A DNA stretch of 63,342 nucleotides, the filler included, from Octopus bimaculoides (Eukaryota), in the NCBI RefSeq assembly GCF_001194135.2. It is 5 parts of 5 records of this genome, joined end to end, with 100 filler letters (N's around TTAATTAATTAA, not from the genome) between each part and the next. Parts side by side here need not be neighbours in the genome. Positions count along the whole stretch, not along the records: positions 1 to 11,037 come from NC_068986.1; positions 11,138 to 29,717 come from NC_068982.1; 3 more parts are not named here. One strand, given 5' to 3'. The first letter of the stretch is position 1, and each line of letters starts with the position of its first letter. Both the position numbers and the translations under genes were made by a program. Below are positions 1-12,401 of the stretch, piece by piece. The notes under the pieces were generated by a model, which saw only the letters and a list, made by a program, of their open reading frames with translations, made no database searches and was not told the origin of the DNA.

Positions 1-180
1 CCCAACATCGCTTGACAACCGATGCTGGTGTGTTTAGGTCCCCGTAACTTAGCGGTTCGGCAAAAGAGACCGATAGAATAAGTACTAGGCTTACAAAGAA
101 TAAGTCCTGGGGTCGATTTGCTCGACTAAAGGCGGTGCTCCAGCATGGCCACAGTCAAATGACTGAAACAAGTAAAAGAA
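1..180 (+). mobile_element. 3' half of a tRNA-derived SINE (family D, carries an internal microsatellite)
   Basis: Near-identical to 62292-62470 and to the reverse complement of 44165-44350 (gtccccgtaacttagcggttcggcaaaagagaccgatagaataagtactaggc...gactgaaacaagtaaaaga). Confidence 0.8.
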
Positions 181-311
181 TTAACATCTCTCGGCATTCT
201 AAGATCAAATTCACCACGGATCGTCTTTGCTTCCCATTCATTCCGGGTGGATAAAATAATAAGTACCACTGTAGCCCCAACCCATAGAAATGTGGCCTTG
301 GGCTTGTACTG

Positions 312-500
312 ATTTCAAATTTTGGCACAAGACTAGCAATTTCCGGGGAGGAGGTAAGTCGATTACATCGACCCAGTATTCAACTGGTACTTGCTTTATC
401 GGCCCTAGAAGGATGAAAGGCAAAGTCGACCTCGGCGGAATTTGAACTCAGAACGTAAAGACGTGCTCGGCGTGCTAACGATTGTACCAGCTTGTCACCT
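312..500 (-). mobile_element. SINE family C copy
   Basis: Shares the core aggatgaaaggcaaagtcgacctcggcggaatttgaactcagaacg with many other copies; B-box-like GAGTTCAAATTCC on the minus strand. Confidence 0.8.
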
Positions 501-1066
501 TGCCTTGTGCTTATAATATATGTTATTTTCATAGGTTTTTCAACATTCCCAAACGAGTTTCTACGACACAAAAAAGTACATTTTCCTCTCTTTCAAATGT
601 GTGTATGTATGTCTCCACTATTGTCGTTTTGAAAATTTACGATGTGATTTATACGTTTCAAAGGAGAAACGCTAAGCAATGGTGAGCATAAATACAATTT
701 TATTACCAGTCAAAATATATTTGAAGCACGTTCGAACTGAGGAACAAAGTACTCACTGAATTTTGTCGTGGAGAAAATTTCTAGAACTGATCTAGGTATA
801 TCCACACCATTTGTGAATAGCGAGAATTTTTCTCCATCACAAAACACAGAGAATGGCTTGTTCCCCAGTTAAAACGTGTCTCAGGTATATTTGGACTGGT
901 AATAACATAGCATTTATACGTTTCGTCTACTTTAGCTTGTTGCAGTATGTGTTTTGTTTTATGTCCTAAGTTTTATATTTCGTACGTTTGTTGTGCAAAA
1001 TAAGAGATGTTGTGATTTGGAAGGTGTTATGTGAGTTGTGTTATGGGTTAGGATGACAATTATATA

Positions 1067-1282
1067 ATCCTTTCTACAATAGGCACAAGGCCCGACATTT
1101 TGGGGGAGGAGACTAGTCGATTACATCGACTCCAGGGCGTAACTAGTACTTAATTTATCGACCCCGAAAGGATAAAAGGCAAAGTCGACCTCGGCTGAAT
1201 TTGAACTCACAACGTAGCGATGGGCGAAATACCGCTATGCATTTCGTCCAGCGCACTAACGATTCTGCCAGCTCGCCGCCTT
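1067..1282 (-). mobile_element. SINE family C copy
   Basis: Same core (gtcgacctcggctgaatttgaactc), ending cagctcgccgcc. A further gap-truncated copy lies at 1397-1505. Confidence 0.8.
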
Positions 1283-1749
1283 TTGGTGAAAATTATATAT
1301 GTAATATATATGTATTGTGCTATTTTATTTGGCGACAATTGCTTCCATGAGTTGAGTGAAATCTGGATTTTATGTGGGTTGGTTATAATATAATATCTTT
1401 TTCTACTTTAGGCACAAGGCCCGAAATTTTGGGGGAGGGGCCAGTCGATTAAATTGATCCAGTACGCAACTGGTACTTAATTTATTGACTCCGAAAGGAT
1501 GAAAGNNNNNNNNNNNNNNNNNNNNNNNNNNNNNNNNNNNNNNNNNNNNNNNNNNNNNNNNNNNNNNNNNNNNNNNNNNNNNNNNNNNNNNNNNNNNNNN
1601 NNNNNGTCTGATCGTGAGTGCAACACCTAACCACAAGACCATATATCTTCAAACACAAACACTTACTGCAGGAAAAGGTTTTACACACCACCAACACTAA
1701 TTTGTGGCTGCATAGTTGTTTGTCATTTGCTCATGACGTGTTTGTCGAT

Positions 1750-2975
1750 ATATTATTGTTATTATTCAGTAGTCTTATTTTTTTAACGTGCTTTCACTGC
1801 ACTACCGAGCGCAGCTTTGTGTGCCTTGGGTATGCGCTGTGGTTTACTGTGATGCTCTTACGTAGGATGTGTGCAGTGCCTAGTAGTGCTATTTTCTGTA
1901 GGTTATATATATTTGTAAGCCCTGGTGTTTCTGTTATGTATTTGCCTGAATATTTTTTTATCATATCTAATGCGCCTATTATGATAGGAATTGTTTCTGC
2001 TTTTAGACTCCACATTCGAGTTATCTCTATTTCCAGGTCTTTGTATTTTGAAAGTTTCTCCATTTCTTTTCGAGAAATGTTGTCATCTGTTGGTAGTGAT
2101 ACATCGATTAGAAAGCAATTTCTTTCTTCATGATCTCTGACAACTATATCTGGCCTATTGTCCTTAATTTCTCTATCTGTGTGTATTGGCATATCCCAGT
2201 GTATGGTTGCTTTCTCGTTTTTTGTGACCTTTTCTGGCGTGTGCCTCTACCATCTTTTTTCTGTTGCTATTCCATAGTGTTGCCATAGCTTCCAGTGTAT
2301 ATAGGTCCCAGCTCTGTCGTGTCTGTGAATCTATTCCTTCTTAGCCAGGACTGGGCAGCCAGAGATAATATGATTTATTGTTTCTTGTCCATCTCCACAT
2401 ATTCTGCAGTTACTTGTTATGTTTCTTTTCATTATAGGTTTTTGGTAATTTCTGGTGGGGATGCTTTGGTCTTGTTTGCAATTAAAAATCCTTCAGTCTC
2501 TTCTTTGAGTCCTGATCTTCTCAGCCATTGCTGGAATTTTGCATTGTCTATTTCTTTTGCGTTTAGTTTAGCCCAGTATTTGCCATGAAGTGACTTTTCT
2601 TGCCATCGTTTTATCATGATCCGTTGCTGTTCTAGTTCTAGTTTGAATTTCATTTGTTTTACAGCTTTTGTTGTTTCTTCTTTTTCTTCATAGTTGCTAG
2701 GTAATATGACTTCTCGTTTGTATTTGTCAGCTTCCTTAAAGACTGAAAACAGTTTTTTTGCTTTGTTCATGTTTTGTGGCGATTTGTATTAGTTTTCCTT
2801 GCTTCTGAAGTAGGTATTTTTGCAGTCCTATGATGGTTATTTTGTAATAGTTTTCTAGCTGTATAAGGCCTCTACCACCTTCTATACGTTGTATATATAA
2901 CCGTTCTATATCAGATTTTGGGTGGTGCATCCTAAATCGTGTCATTATTTTTCTTGTTTTCCTTCTAGTTTGATT
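1750..2975 (-). mobile_element. R4/Dong-clade non-LTR retrotransposon, 5'-truncated and frameshifted (post-RT region plus restriction-like endonuclease)
   Basis: ORF pieces RMHHPKSDIERLYIQRIEGGRGL, WLRRSGLKEETEGFLIA and TDREIKDNRPDIVV..FLIDVSLPTDDNISRKEMEKLSKYKDLEIEITRMW..PIIIGAL match RLE-type (PD-(D/E)xK) non-LTR motifs; AAT-rich tail near 1750-1775. Confidence 0.85.
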
Positions 2976-2978
2976 AAG

Positions 2979-2990
2979 TATTATTATTGC

Positions 2991-3027
<37 letters not shown>

Positions 3028-3030
3028 GCT
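2979..3030. repeat. (TTG/AAC)n microsatellite between the two R4-like copies
   Basis: Direct reading of the sequence. Confidence 0.95.
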
Positions 3031-4600
3031 TTGGTTTGGCTCAGGATCGGTCCCTTTCCTATTAGGATTTACATTTGTTGTTGGCACTCCGTCGCTTACA
3101 ACGTCGAAGGTCCCAGTCGATCCGATCAACGGAACAGCCTGCTCGTGAAATTAACGTGCAAGTGGCTGAGCACTCCACAGACACGTGTACCCTTAACGTA
3201 GTTCTTGGGGAGATTCAGCGTGACACAGTGTGACAAGGCTGACCCATTGAATTACAGGTACAACAGAAACAGGAAGAAAGAGTGAGAGAAAGTTGTGGTG
3301 AAAGAGTACAGCAAGGTTCGCCACCATCCCCTGCCGGAGCCTCGTGGAGCTTTAGGTATTTTCGCTCAATAAACACTCACAACGCCCGGTCTGGGAATCG
3401 AAACTGCGATCCTATGACCGCGAGTCCGCTGCCCAAACCACTGGGCCATTGCGCCTCCAGGATTTATATGGATAGCGGGTTACTACCTGTAACCTTAGGT
3501 ATTCACAAGTTTTCAATAGTCTTTCAAGTGCTCAGAGCCTTCCTGATAATCCTTGCTGTCCCTAAGAGACAAACCTTCTGTAGGAGCTCTACCGGGCATT
3601 CTATTTCAATCTCCTTCAGCCATTTGTCTATACTTCTTCTCACTCTTCCGAAGGCACCAATTATTATAGACATGACCTTCACTGTTCACACGTTTCAAAT
3701 TCTTCCTATTTCAAATTTCGTCAACAACGTCATAGTTTTTCTGTCAAGTTTCTTTATATCGTTTCTAGTCTAGTCTATAATTCCAATTCCATATCTGATT
3801 AAAGGTACAGTTCTTGAATTTATTGCTTGAATAAGATCTTTGGAATTCAGCTTTGGCTACAATAATTTTCTTACCACATTACTGGTAAGTAGGTTATAGG
3901 TCGAAAATTTGATGTCAAGTTCCATTTCAAGGGATCTTTGAGGCATAGCAGCGTTCGTCCACTTGTCATCCAGGCAGGGACGTGGCCATGCTGCAGGCAG
4001 TCATCCAGTTGCGCAACGATCCTTTCATGTAATTGTGTAAAGTTCTTATGCCAATAGCCTATTACTCCATTTGGGCCTGATCCTTTCCAATTTGTTATAT
4101 TTTTTCTTAATTTTTGTTTGGTTACAGTTTCAAGTTGTCCTTCCACCTTTGTTAGCCACTTCGCGCTTTCTTTATGTCTCACCGGTCTGTTCCACAGCCT
4201 TCCCCAAAATTCTTTACTTCCTTCCGCATCTGGAATCATCTCTTGGTGTTGAACTTCATCTATTTCTTCAAATAGATGCCTTCTCTTTGATTGGAACAGT
4301 CTATTCTGTTCGAAAACTTTGCATCTAGTATCGTATCTTGCAATTTGGCCTTTAATGTTGCCATCTTTTGTGTCAATTCTTCATGTACTGTTTGTTTTCC
4401 CCTTCTAACTTGTGCTGTTCATTCAATTTTCTGATGACTACCTTAATCTTGAACTCTCCTCTCATTATCCTATTCAATTGTCCCAGTTCTTTCCATATCT
4501 TTTCCACCTTCATTCGTATTCTCTTCCTCAAGTTTGGTTCTTTCTTTTCATTTCCTTTTATATCTTCAGTTTTTCGCTTGTAACCTACTATGTTAGCTAC
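3030..4600 (-). mobile_element. Second R4/Dong-clade relic, internally deleted and interrupted by a SINE
   Basis: Minus-strand pieces: RT N-terminus (NWKGSGPNGVIGYWHKNF..VPAWMTSGRTLL..SNFRPITYLPVMW), post-RT (LIQAINSRTVPLIRYGIGII..KKLDRKT) and RLE C-terminus (SIIIGAFG..LLQKVCLLGTARIIRKAL). Confidence 0.75.
3075..3458 (-). mobile_element. tRNA-derived SINE family A (~385 bp) with an 11-bp TSD
   Basis: Minus-strand head ggaggcgcaatggcccagtggtttgggc..agtttcgattccc resembles A and B boxes; flanked by aggatttacat (3064-3074) and aggatttatat (3459-3469); homologous to 22639-22947, 45951-46225 and 50643-51028. Confidence 0.85.
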
Positions 4601-4659
4601 ATTAGCAAAAGCTATGATTAGCTGGTTTGTTTCACTGATATTATTATTGTTGTTTTAAC

Positions 4660-4860
4660 CACTTTCCGACAGGAAAAAAAACGGTTGGGAATTGGGATGG
4701 AGGTTATCCTTCAAGTCAAACCAGGAAATATGGACAAAATTCCGGAATATATAAAGCTTCCAACTTGACAAAAACTGAATATTACAGTGGAAGAGAGAAG
4801 ACTGAGATATTACATATGCACTACCGCTAACCAGATGAAGTTCTCCAGGCCATAGATGCA
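4660..4860 (+). pseudogene. Possible decayed retrotransposon ORF1 / zinc-knuckle fragment
   Basis: Translation LQVKPGNMDKIPEYIKL..NITVEERRLRYYICTT loosely resembles the region preceding a gag-like CCHC knuckle; broken by frameshifts and stops. Confidence 0.25.
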
Positions 4861-5518
4861 AAGAGGAGGGGGGAAAGGTTTGCTTTCATGACAATGCCTC
4901 ATCTAAAACAGCATCAGCAACCGCAATAATGTTTGCAACTGCAAAATCTACCGCAGCCGCAACAGAAACAAAATAAACACTAAATAAACAACTACAGCAG
5001 TAACAGCCTTACTGAAGCAGCAGCAAGAACAACCACAAAATCTACAACAGCAACAAAAGCAACGGACATCTCCAAAACAAAGATATGACAGCCATCTCAA
5101 AAGGACAATCATTGCCAATACCACCGCCATCACAATGTACCATACGCCACGAGCCTATCCGTGGCCAGTCGACCTGCTAGAAACAGCAGCATAAACTCCC
5201 TCAAAATCACATTTGTACCGTCTACAAAAAAACTGAAGGAGGCAATTGACAATGTATTTCTCGATATACGAAAAAACTCAGGACGGTTATGGACAGAACG
5301 CTTTGATCATAGATTCGCTGAATCAGCAATGACCTCGGATTAAACAGCAATAACAACAGCAGTAAATATATGCCTTGTGCCAATATATGAGAAATCAATA
5401 GTTCCCACTATCGATTATCATTATATATATTTTTTTTTTCTTTCTTCCGTCTGATTAGCTTTCAGACTGGAATTCTTCGAGTCAGATTCAATGTTGTCTT
5501 CATTTGCACGTGAGGTGT

Positions 5519-5546
5519 TTTGTTGTTGTTATTGTTGTCATTGGTT

Positions 5547-5597
<51 letters not shown>

Positions 5598-5915
5598 GTG
5601 GTGGTGATGACGAGAATGATGGTGGTGGTGGTGGTGGTAGCGGTGATTCTCTTGTTATTAGTGGTGGTGATGTCGGTCGTGGTGTTGCGAAGGGTTTGTT
5701 GTTTTTGTTGCTAATGTTTCTAGTGTTGTCATTGTTGCAGCTGTTATCATTGCTCCTATCGTTGTTGTTGTTGTTGGTGGTGATGGTGGTGGTGCTGCTG
5801 CTGCTGTTGTTGTTGTTGTTGTCACCTTTCCTCTTGTTATTGTTGCTATTCTTGTTGCTGCTGTCATTGTTGTCGTCACTATTGTTGTTGTTGCTGTTGC
5901 TGCTTTTGCTGTTAT
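5519..5915. repeat. Compound trinucleotide repeat (GGC)n/(GGT)n/(GTT)n/(GCT)n
   Basis: Direct reading; it produces the poly-G, poly-P, poly-L and poly-N ORFs in the track. Confidence 0.95.
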
Positions 5916-6000
5916 TTAACCCCAAATTAGCCTTGATCCAGCAGACCTCTGACCAGACATATTCAAGCCTTGACCATACCGTTCTCTTCTTTCCTTTTTC

Positions 6001-6001
6001 T

Positions 6002-6084
<83 letters not shown>
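6001..6084. repeat. (CT)n microsatellite
   Basis: Direct reading. Confidence 0.95.
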
Positions 6085-6086
<2 letters not shown>

Positions 6087-6439
6087 AGATATAATGTTTC
6101 TAAAACCACATTATCCAAGGTCTCCATTTTTTAAGACAGTAGGAATGTGGCTACTATTTCTAGCCGCTCGATCAACCAAGTAAAAGCTCTTTCGTTGGCC
6201 CGTCTTATTGTTGTTGTTTCTGATGTTGCAGTCGTTACCGTTGTGGTTACTGCTGGTCGTAATCGATAACCGTTAATGATATTGATTATGCTTCATTAAT
6301 GTATAAATACACTTCTTGTAGATTTTTCAGCAAAGATGAGGCGTCACCCCAGATGAAATATTTGCTGACATCATCATTGACTCACTCAAAACTAATCTTT
6401 CTTGCGTTAGTCTTGTACTTACATGTGTAATAAATACCG

Positions 6440-6598
6440 TTACGTTCTGAGTTCAAACTCCGCCGAGGTCGACTTTGCCTTTCATCCTTTCGGGGTCGAT
6501 TAAATAAGTGCCAGTTACGCACTGGGATCGGTGTAATCGACTTAAACCCTTTGTTTGTCCCCTCTATGTTTAGCCCCCTGTGGGCAATAAAGAATTAA
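6440..6598 (+). mobile_element. SINE family C copy
   Basis: gttctgagttcaaactccgccgaggtcgactttgcctttcatcctttcggggtcg core. Confidence 0.8.
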
Positions 6599-6677
6599 AA
6601 TACATATATGAATGTGCGTGTGTGTGTATGCGTGCATGCATGCGTGCGTGCATGCGTGAGTGTGTGTGTGAGCATGC

Positions 6678-6723
<46 letters not shown>

Positions 6724-7232
6724 TAGGCACAACACAGCGTTGCTTAGACTGGTTTTAGAAAAAAACGGGTGGGAGTCTCCTGGAGGACTGTTTTCTGCTT
6801 AGTTGACTGCTCCTCAGAGAAGACGTATTCGGTTTCCGGTTTCCTTTCCCTGTGAATAGCAAAGGCCAGCTGCTTTCAAAGCGATCATCAATTAAAATTT
6901 TCTACCAGGGGCATTAAGTTTCAAAAGGATACACACATCCTGGACTGGCCTCGCGAGCGTAGATTTACGGAGGGGAATGCTCACGTCAGTTGTTGGCTTG
7001 CTGATACGTAATAAGTTCAGTTCGAGAAAGACAAGCACGACCGCACAGATTGCATGAGAAAGTAAGCTCTTTTGATCGTAGTGTCCTTGCTTTTCCTCCT
7101 TTTTTTTCTTTTTCTCTGCGATGTTCTTGCAGATATCTTTAAAGCAAACTGTTGCTCACGTACATTTCTTCATTCATATATTCGAAAATTCTTTCGTAAT
7201 ATAATGCTTCTGGGTGTTATTATGTGAACAAA

Positions 7233-7441
7233 AGGCAGCGAGCTGGCAGAATGGTTACCACGACGGACGAAATGCTTAGCGTCATTTCGCCCGTCGCTTC
7301 GTTCTGAGTTCAAATTCCGCCGAGGTCGACTTTGCCTTTAAACTTTCGAGGTCGATAGATTAAGAGCCAGTGAAACACTGTGGTCGATGTAATCGACTTA
7401 CCCTCTCCCCTAAATTTCAGGCCTTGTGCCTTTAGTAGGAA
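7233..7441 (+). mobile_element. SINE family C copy
   Basis: Head ggcagcgagctggcagaa plus gagttcaaattccgccgaggtcgac core. Confidence 0.8.
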
Positions 7442-7857
7442 GGGTTATTGTGTGAATAAATTGGTGAGACTAGAAGTAGCAAATGTAACTATTCTAGAGA
7501 CTACAATAAATAAAACAATTTACTTAGTATCGAATTTTCTTTAATTACCCCATATAATTCATTTCGCGTGTGTGTGTAGATGGCACTTGCCGGACATATT
7601 GCACAATGGAACTGAACTCGAGACTACGTAGTTTCAAAGCGAACTTCTTCACCACACAACCTGAAAGAAAGGTTAATGGTAAATCACCTGCGTAACTCAA
7701 GAATCTTCGTGAACGTTCTACCTGTTGTATCATCTACACACACAGAGGTTCTCACTTTCTGCCTTCGTCAAGTAACGGCTTGTTTCCAATATGAAATTGT
7801 GAATAAAGAGATTTGAAGTGGCCTGAAAAAAACACACGCAATTTTTTTTACTTTTCT

Positions 7858-8078
7858 AAGGCGGCGAGCTGGCAGAAACGTTAGCACGCCGGGCGAAATG
7901 CTTAGCGGCATTTCGTCTGCCGTTACGTTCTGAGTCCGAATCCGCCGAAGTCGACTTTGCCTTTCATCCTTTCGGGGTTGATTAAATAAGTACCACCTAC
8001 GCACTGGGGTCGATGTAATCGACTTAATCCCTTGGTTTGTCCCCTCTATGTTTAGTCCAATGTGGACAATAAAGAAAT
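7858..8078 (+). mobile_element. SINE family C copy (near complete)
   Basis: aggcggcgagctggcagaaacgttagc...ctttcatcctttcgggg...aataaagaaata tail. Confidence 0.85.
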
Positions 8079-9068
8079 AAATATTTTTACTTTACTCTAA
8101 AAGTGTTTAGTTATTTTTCATTTATCTGTAAATTTGGTAAAAATGCGCACAAATAAAACAGTGGCTATACATATAGATAGATAGATAGATAGATATTCAT
8201 ATTTAAATAGATAAAAACGTGCATATAGGCATTGTACGTATATGCCTAAATTGATTGATGTATGTAAAGATATTTAGATATATATATACGTGGGTAAGTT
8301 GGTGTGTGTGTGTGTGTGTGTGAAACTGATGTTCATATTAATATATTATCGAACACACATACAATGTGTGTGTGTGTGTGTGNNNNNNNNNNNNNNNNNN
8401 NNNNNNNNNNNNNNNNNNNNNNNNNNNNNNNNNNNNNNNNNNNNNNNNNNNNNNNNNNNNNNNNNNNNNNNNNNNNNNNNNNNNNNNNNNNNNNNNNNNN
8501 NNNNNNNNNNNNNNNNNNNNNNNNNNNNNNNNNNNNNNNNNNNNNNNNNNNNNNNNNNNNNNNNNNNNNNNNNNNNNNNNNNNNNNNNNNNNNNNNNNNN
8601 NNNNNNNNNNNNNNNNNNNNNNNNNNNNNNNNNNNNNNNNNNNNNNNNNNNNNNNNNNNNNNNNNNNNNNNNNNNNNNNNNNNNNNNNNNNNNNNNNNNN
8701 NNNNNNNNNNNNNNNNNNNNNNNNNNNNNNNNNNNNNNNNNNNNNNNNNNNNNNNNNNNNNNNNNNNNNNNNNNNNNNNNNNNNNNNNNNNNNNNNNNNN
8801 NNNNGCGCGCGCGCGAGTGTGTTTATTTGCTTATCCACAATATTTGAAAACTTGCGTTAGTTTATTTAACTTCACGTAAACCAGCGGTTCGGCAAAAGCT
8901 AAGATGGAATAAATAAATACCAGACGAAAAAGTAAGTACTGTTTGACTATACCAATCAAAGCGGCGCCCCAGTATGGCCGCAGTCCAATGACTGAAACAA
9001 GGAAAAGATACAAGTGTGTGTGTATGTATGTATGTGTGTGTGTATGTGTGTATGTGTATGTGTGTGTA

Positions 9069-9100
<32 letters not shown>

Positions 9101-9332
9101 CACACACACACAGGGAGAAAGAGATTGGAAACAGGGAGAGAGAGGGAGTGAGAGAGAGAAAGGCAAAGTGACGAGTATGAGACAGGTACTTTATTTATTG
9201 ACCTCTAGACGATAAAATATGAACGACAAAGTTGACATCAGCGGTATAAATTGAACTCAAAGATCAGGGAGGAGTACTACAACTTATTCTAGTCGATGCT
9301 CTGCCAATTCAGCTAATTCAACGCCTTAGTAT

Positions 9333-9410
<78 letters not shown>
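9333..9410. repeat. (GATA)n microsatellite
   Basis: Direct reading. Confidence 0.95.
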
Positions 9411-9946
9411 TTAATTAGCCAGACAGGGTTGAACGCAGAGGGGATAAATTACAAAGCAGAGCTTTTCTTTTAGGGGAGATAGATAGATAGATAGATAAAA
9501 GGGCGGACAGACGGGCGGACAGATAGACAGACAGACGGACGGAAGAATGGATGGTTGGGTAAATGAACGGATGGATGAGAAGTAGTTCTCAGTTTTCCTT
9601 TTAACACGTAAAATGGCCAGTGTAAAGGAGAACTATGCTGTTATATGTCTTTCAGAAAGGCATGTACGCCACGCCATACTTTGTTACAATCCATGACATC
9701 TAGCGTAATTTCTGGATAAATTCATTTTCTCTCGTTCTCTTATTGTGTCAGTATGTCATTCAGAAATATACACATACACCCAGATTGAGACACACACACA
9801 CACACACACGACGAAAACTCACATGTGCATACACAGACACACACATACACACATATACTTTGATACACGTGTAGTTACGCACGCAAATAAACACATTCAC
9901 GCTTGCACACATATGCTAGACGCACACGTAATCTATACATGTGCAC

Positions 9947-9983
<37 letters not shown>

Positions 9984-10746
9984 CATACATACATACATGA
10001 TATACTTCTCTTCTAATGCCACATACACACAACACACACAAACCCACACACATTCACACACACACTCACACAGGCACACACACACAAAACCAAACAAACA
10101 AACAAAGATAAATTCCCTCGTATTTTATACGCTAACTCTAGCCAATCAATAATCAATAATTTGTAAGGCTGCGATTCGATACGGTTTCAAAGTGAGGAGA
10201 CGGCTGGATTCAAGGTTGAGTAGAAGAACGGAAGTGGGAGGTGAAGGAAGAGGAGGGGTGAGAGGGAGGCATCGGAAAATGCGGTGAGTGATTGAGAAAC
10301 AGAAGTGTAGAGAGAAGCACGGATGCATGAATGGTTAGATGGATGGATGGATGGATGGAGGGTGGAGGGAAAGACATTGAGACAATGAGAGTCAACATGG
10401 GGTGTAGGTGTTAGGGATGGGAAGGAGCGGTAGTGAAGGGAAAACAGAGAAAGAAAGAACAAGAGTGTAAAAAGGGAGGGATGGTGGGAGTGAGACATAA
10501 AATGGAAAGTGGAGGTGGGGGGGGGGGCATATTGTTAACTCTCATACGGTTATTGCATCCTGTTGTGCGCTCTTTTCTTACTACCACCAACACTACGACT
10601 ACGACCACTGCTTACACTAACCCCTATCACTGACTCTGTTACAACCTCCACCGACACAACAACAACACCCACTACGTGTTTTTACTAGAAAAGCTACCAC
10701 AACCACCATTACAACAAACACTACTACTACTAATAATAATAATAAT

Positions 10747-10790
<44 letters not shown>

Positions 10791-10993
10791 AACGATGGCG
10801 ACGACTATTACTATTGCTATGACTACTAATATCACTATGACTACGACTACTACAGCCAACGGCATCAATCGGTAAACCTCTTCATCATGATCATCATCGT
10901 AACCGCTCGCACCATCTACAGTAGTATATATATATATGAATGTGAGTGTTTGTTTGTTATTACCACTATTATATAAATCGATATATTCTGTGT

Positions 10994-11037
<44 letters not shown>

Positions 11038-11137
11038 NNNNNNNNNNNNNNNNNNNNNNNNNNNNNNNNNNNNNNNNNNNNTTAATTAATTAANNNNNNN
11101 NNNNNNNNNNNNNNNNNNNNNNNNNNNNNNNNNNNNN
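11038..11137. other. 100-bp scaffolding gap with TTAATTAATTAA stop linker (assembly artefact); identical gaps at 29718-29817, 44044-44143 and 52794-52893
   Basis: Each is exactly 44 N + TTAATTAATTAA + 44 N. Confidence 0.9.
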
Positions 11138-11560
11138 CATGTGTCACCCGCACAAGAGCCAGTCCAGGGGCACTGGCAACGGTCTCGCTCGAAAAATATC
11201 ACGTGTCGCCCGCACATGAGCCAGTCCAGGGGCACTGGCAACGATACCGCTCGAAAGATTTCATGTGTCGCCCGCACATGAGCCAGTCCGGGGGCACCGG
11301 CAACGATCCCGCTCGAACAATTTCATGTGTCACCCGCACATGAGCCAGTCCAGGGGCAACTGCAACGATCTCGCTCGAAGAACCTCATGTGTCACTCGCA
11401 CAAGAGCCAGTCCATGGACACTGGCAATGATCTCGCACGAAAAGATATCATGTGTCGCCTGCACATGAGCCAGTCCAGGGGCACTGGCAAACGATTCCGC
11501 TCGAAACATTTCATGTGTCACCCGCACAAGAGCCAGTCCAGGGGCGCTGGCAACAATCTA
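11138..11560 (+). repeat. Tandem array of about 7 copies of a ~62-bp unit (catgtgtcrcccgcacawgagccagtccaggggcactggcaacgat..gctcgaa)
   Basis: Units readable directly; related modules sit inside dispersed repeats at ~21260-21360 and ~52115-52330. Confidence 0.85.
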
Positions 11561-11830
11561 TTTCTATTTCACTTGCCTCAACAGGTCTTCGCAGTGGGGT
11601 TTAGTATCCAATTTTAATTTAACTCGATTTCGATTTCACTTGCCTCAATAGGTCTTCACAAGTGGAATTTAGTGTCCAATGAAGGAAGGAAGGTACGCAT
11701 AAGTGGGCTGGCTGGGCCTTAGATTTAGGTCTCACTTGGCTTGCCGGGTCTTCTCGCGCACAGTATATTTCCAAAGGTCTCGGTCAGAAGTCATCGCGAT
11801 GAGGCCCAATGTTCAAAGGTCGTGCCTTAC
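11560..11830. mobile_element. Remainder of the dispersed repeat that carries the 62-bp modules
   Basis: aaggtctcggtca..gaggcccaa segment is shared with 21419-21450. Confidence 0.55.
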
Positions 11831-12401
11831 TTGTAGGAGATAAATAAAACATAGGAAAATTGGGAAAAGGATAGATTTTCTTTGGTAGAAAAGAATGAGT
11901 GAGTATGCTGTGTATTGTGAAGAGAAGAGACGTGAAGTATTTCTGAATAGCAAGGTTGTATGGTCACATGAACCAGGATATTGGTGGAGTGAATTGTTTG
12001 AAATGGTTCAGTTCACTCAGCTTTGGTGACAATCCCTGCAGGATTTGAATTGAGACTATAAAATGACATGACTAAATACCATTCATATATGTTCCTAAGT
12101 GATAAAGTTCTAAATAATGCTTTATTTTCTCTTATTAGCCTAGATAAAACCTTAGTTACAGTCAAATGCTCTGCGATTTTAGTGGGCACTGAGATGCATA
12201 GTGAAAGAGATCATTAAACAAATGCATAGATTCAAAACTTGATATTCTTGACAACACATATAAGCTGATGCTGTAGTTTTCTCTGCAGAATCTGTTAAGA
12301 TCTGCACCAAAAAAAAAAAAATTTTTTAATAAAAGAAAGGTTCAAGACTGTAAAAATGGTTTGTTAAAAGCAAATATTGAAGTATTTAGTTAAAAATAGG
12401 G

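Noticed and set aside
3400-3458. tRNA-like A/B-box sequences (also 36010-36076, 46150-46225, 50960-51028)
   Set aside because: They are SINE heads continuing into SINE bodies with TSDs, not tRNA genes; no complete cloverleaf was seen.
5500-6094. Long ORFs rich in Gly, Pro, Leu and Asn
   Set aside because: They are translations of compound trinucleotide and CT microsatellites.
11082-11093. Palindromic TTAATTAATTAA recurring four times (also 29762, 44088, 52838)
   Set aside because: It is always centred in exactly 44 N + 44 N, so it is a multi-frame stop linker added during scaffolding, not biology. Contiguity across these joins is uncertain.
11138-11560. Regularly spaced repeats resembling a CRISPR array
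   Set aside because: Units are contiguous diverged tandem copies with no unique spacers, there are no cas genes, and the context is eukaryotic.
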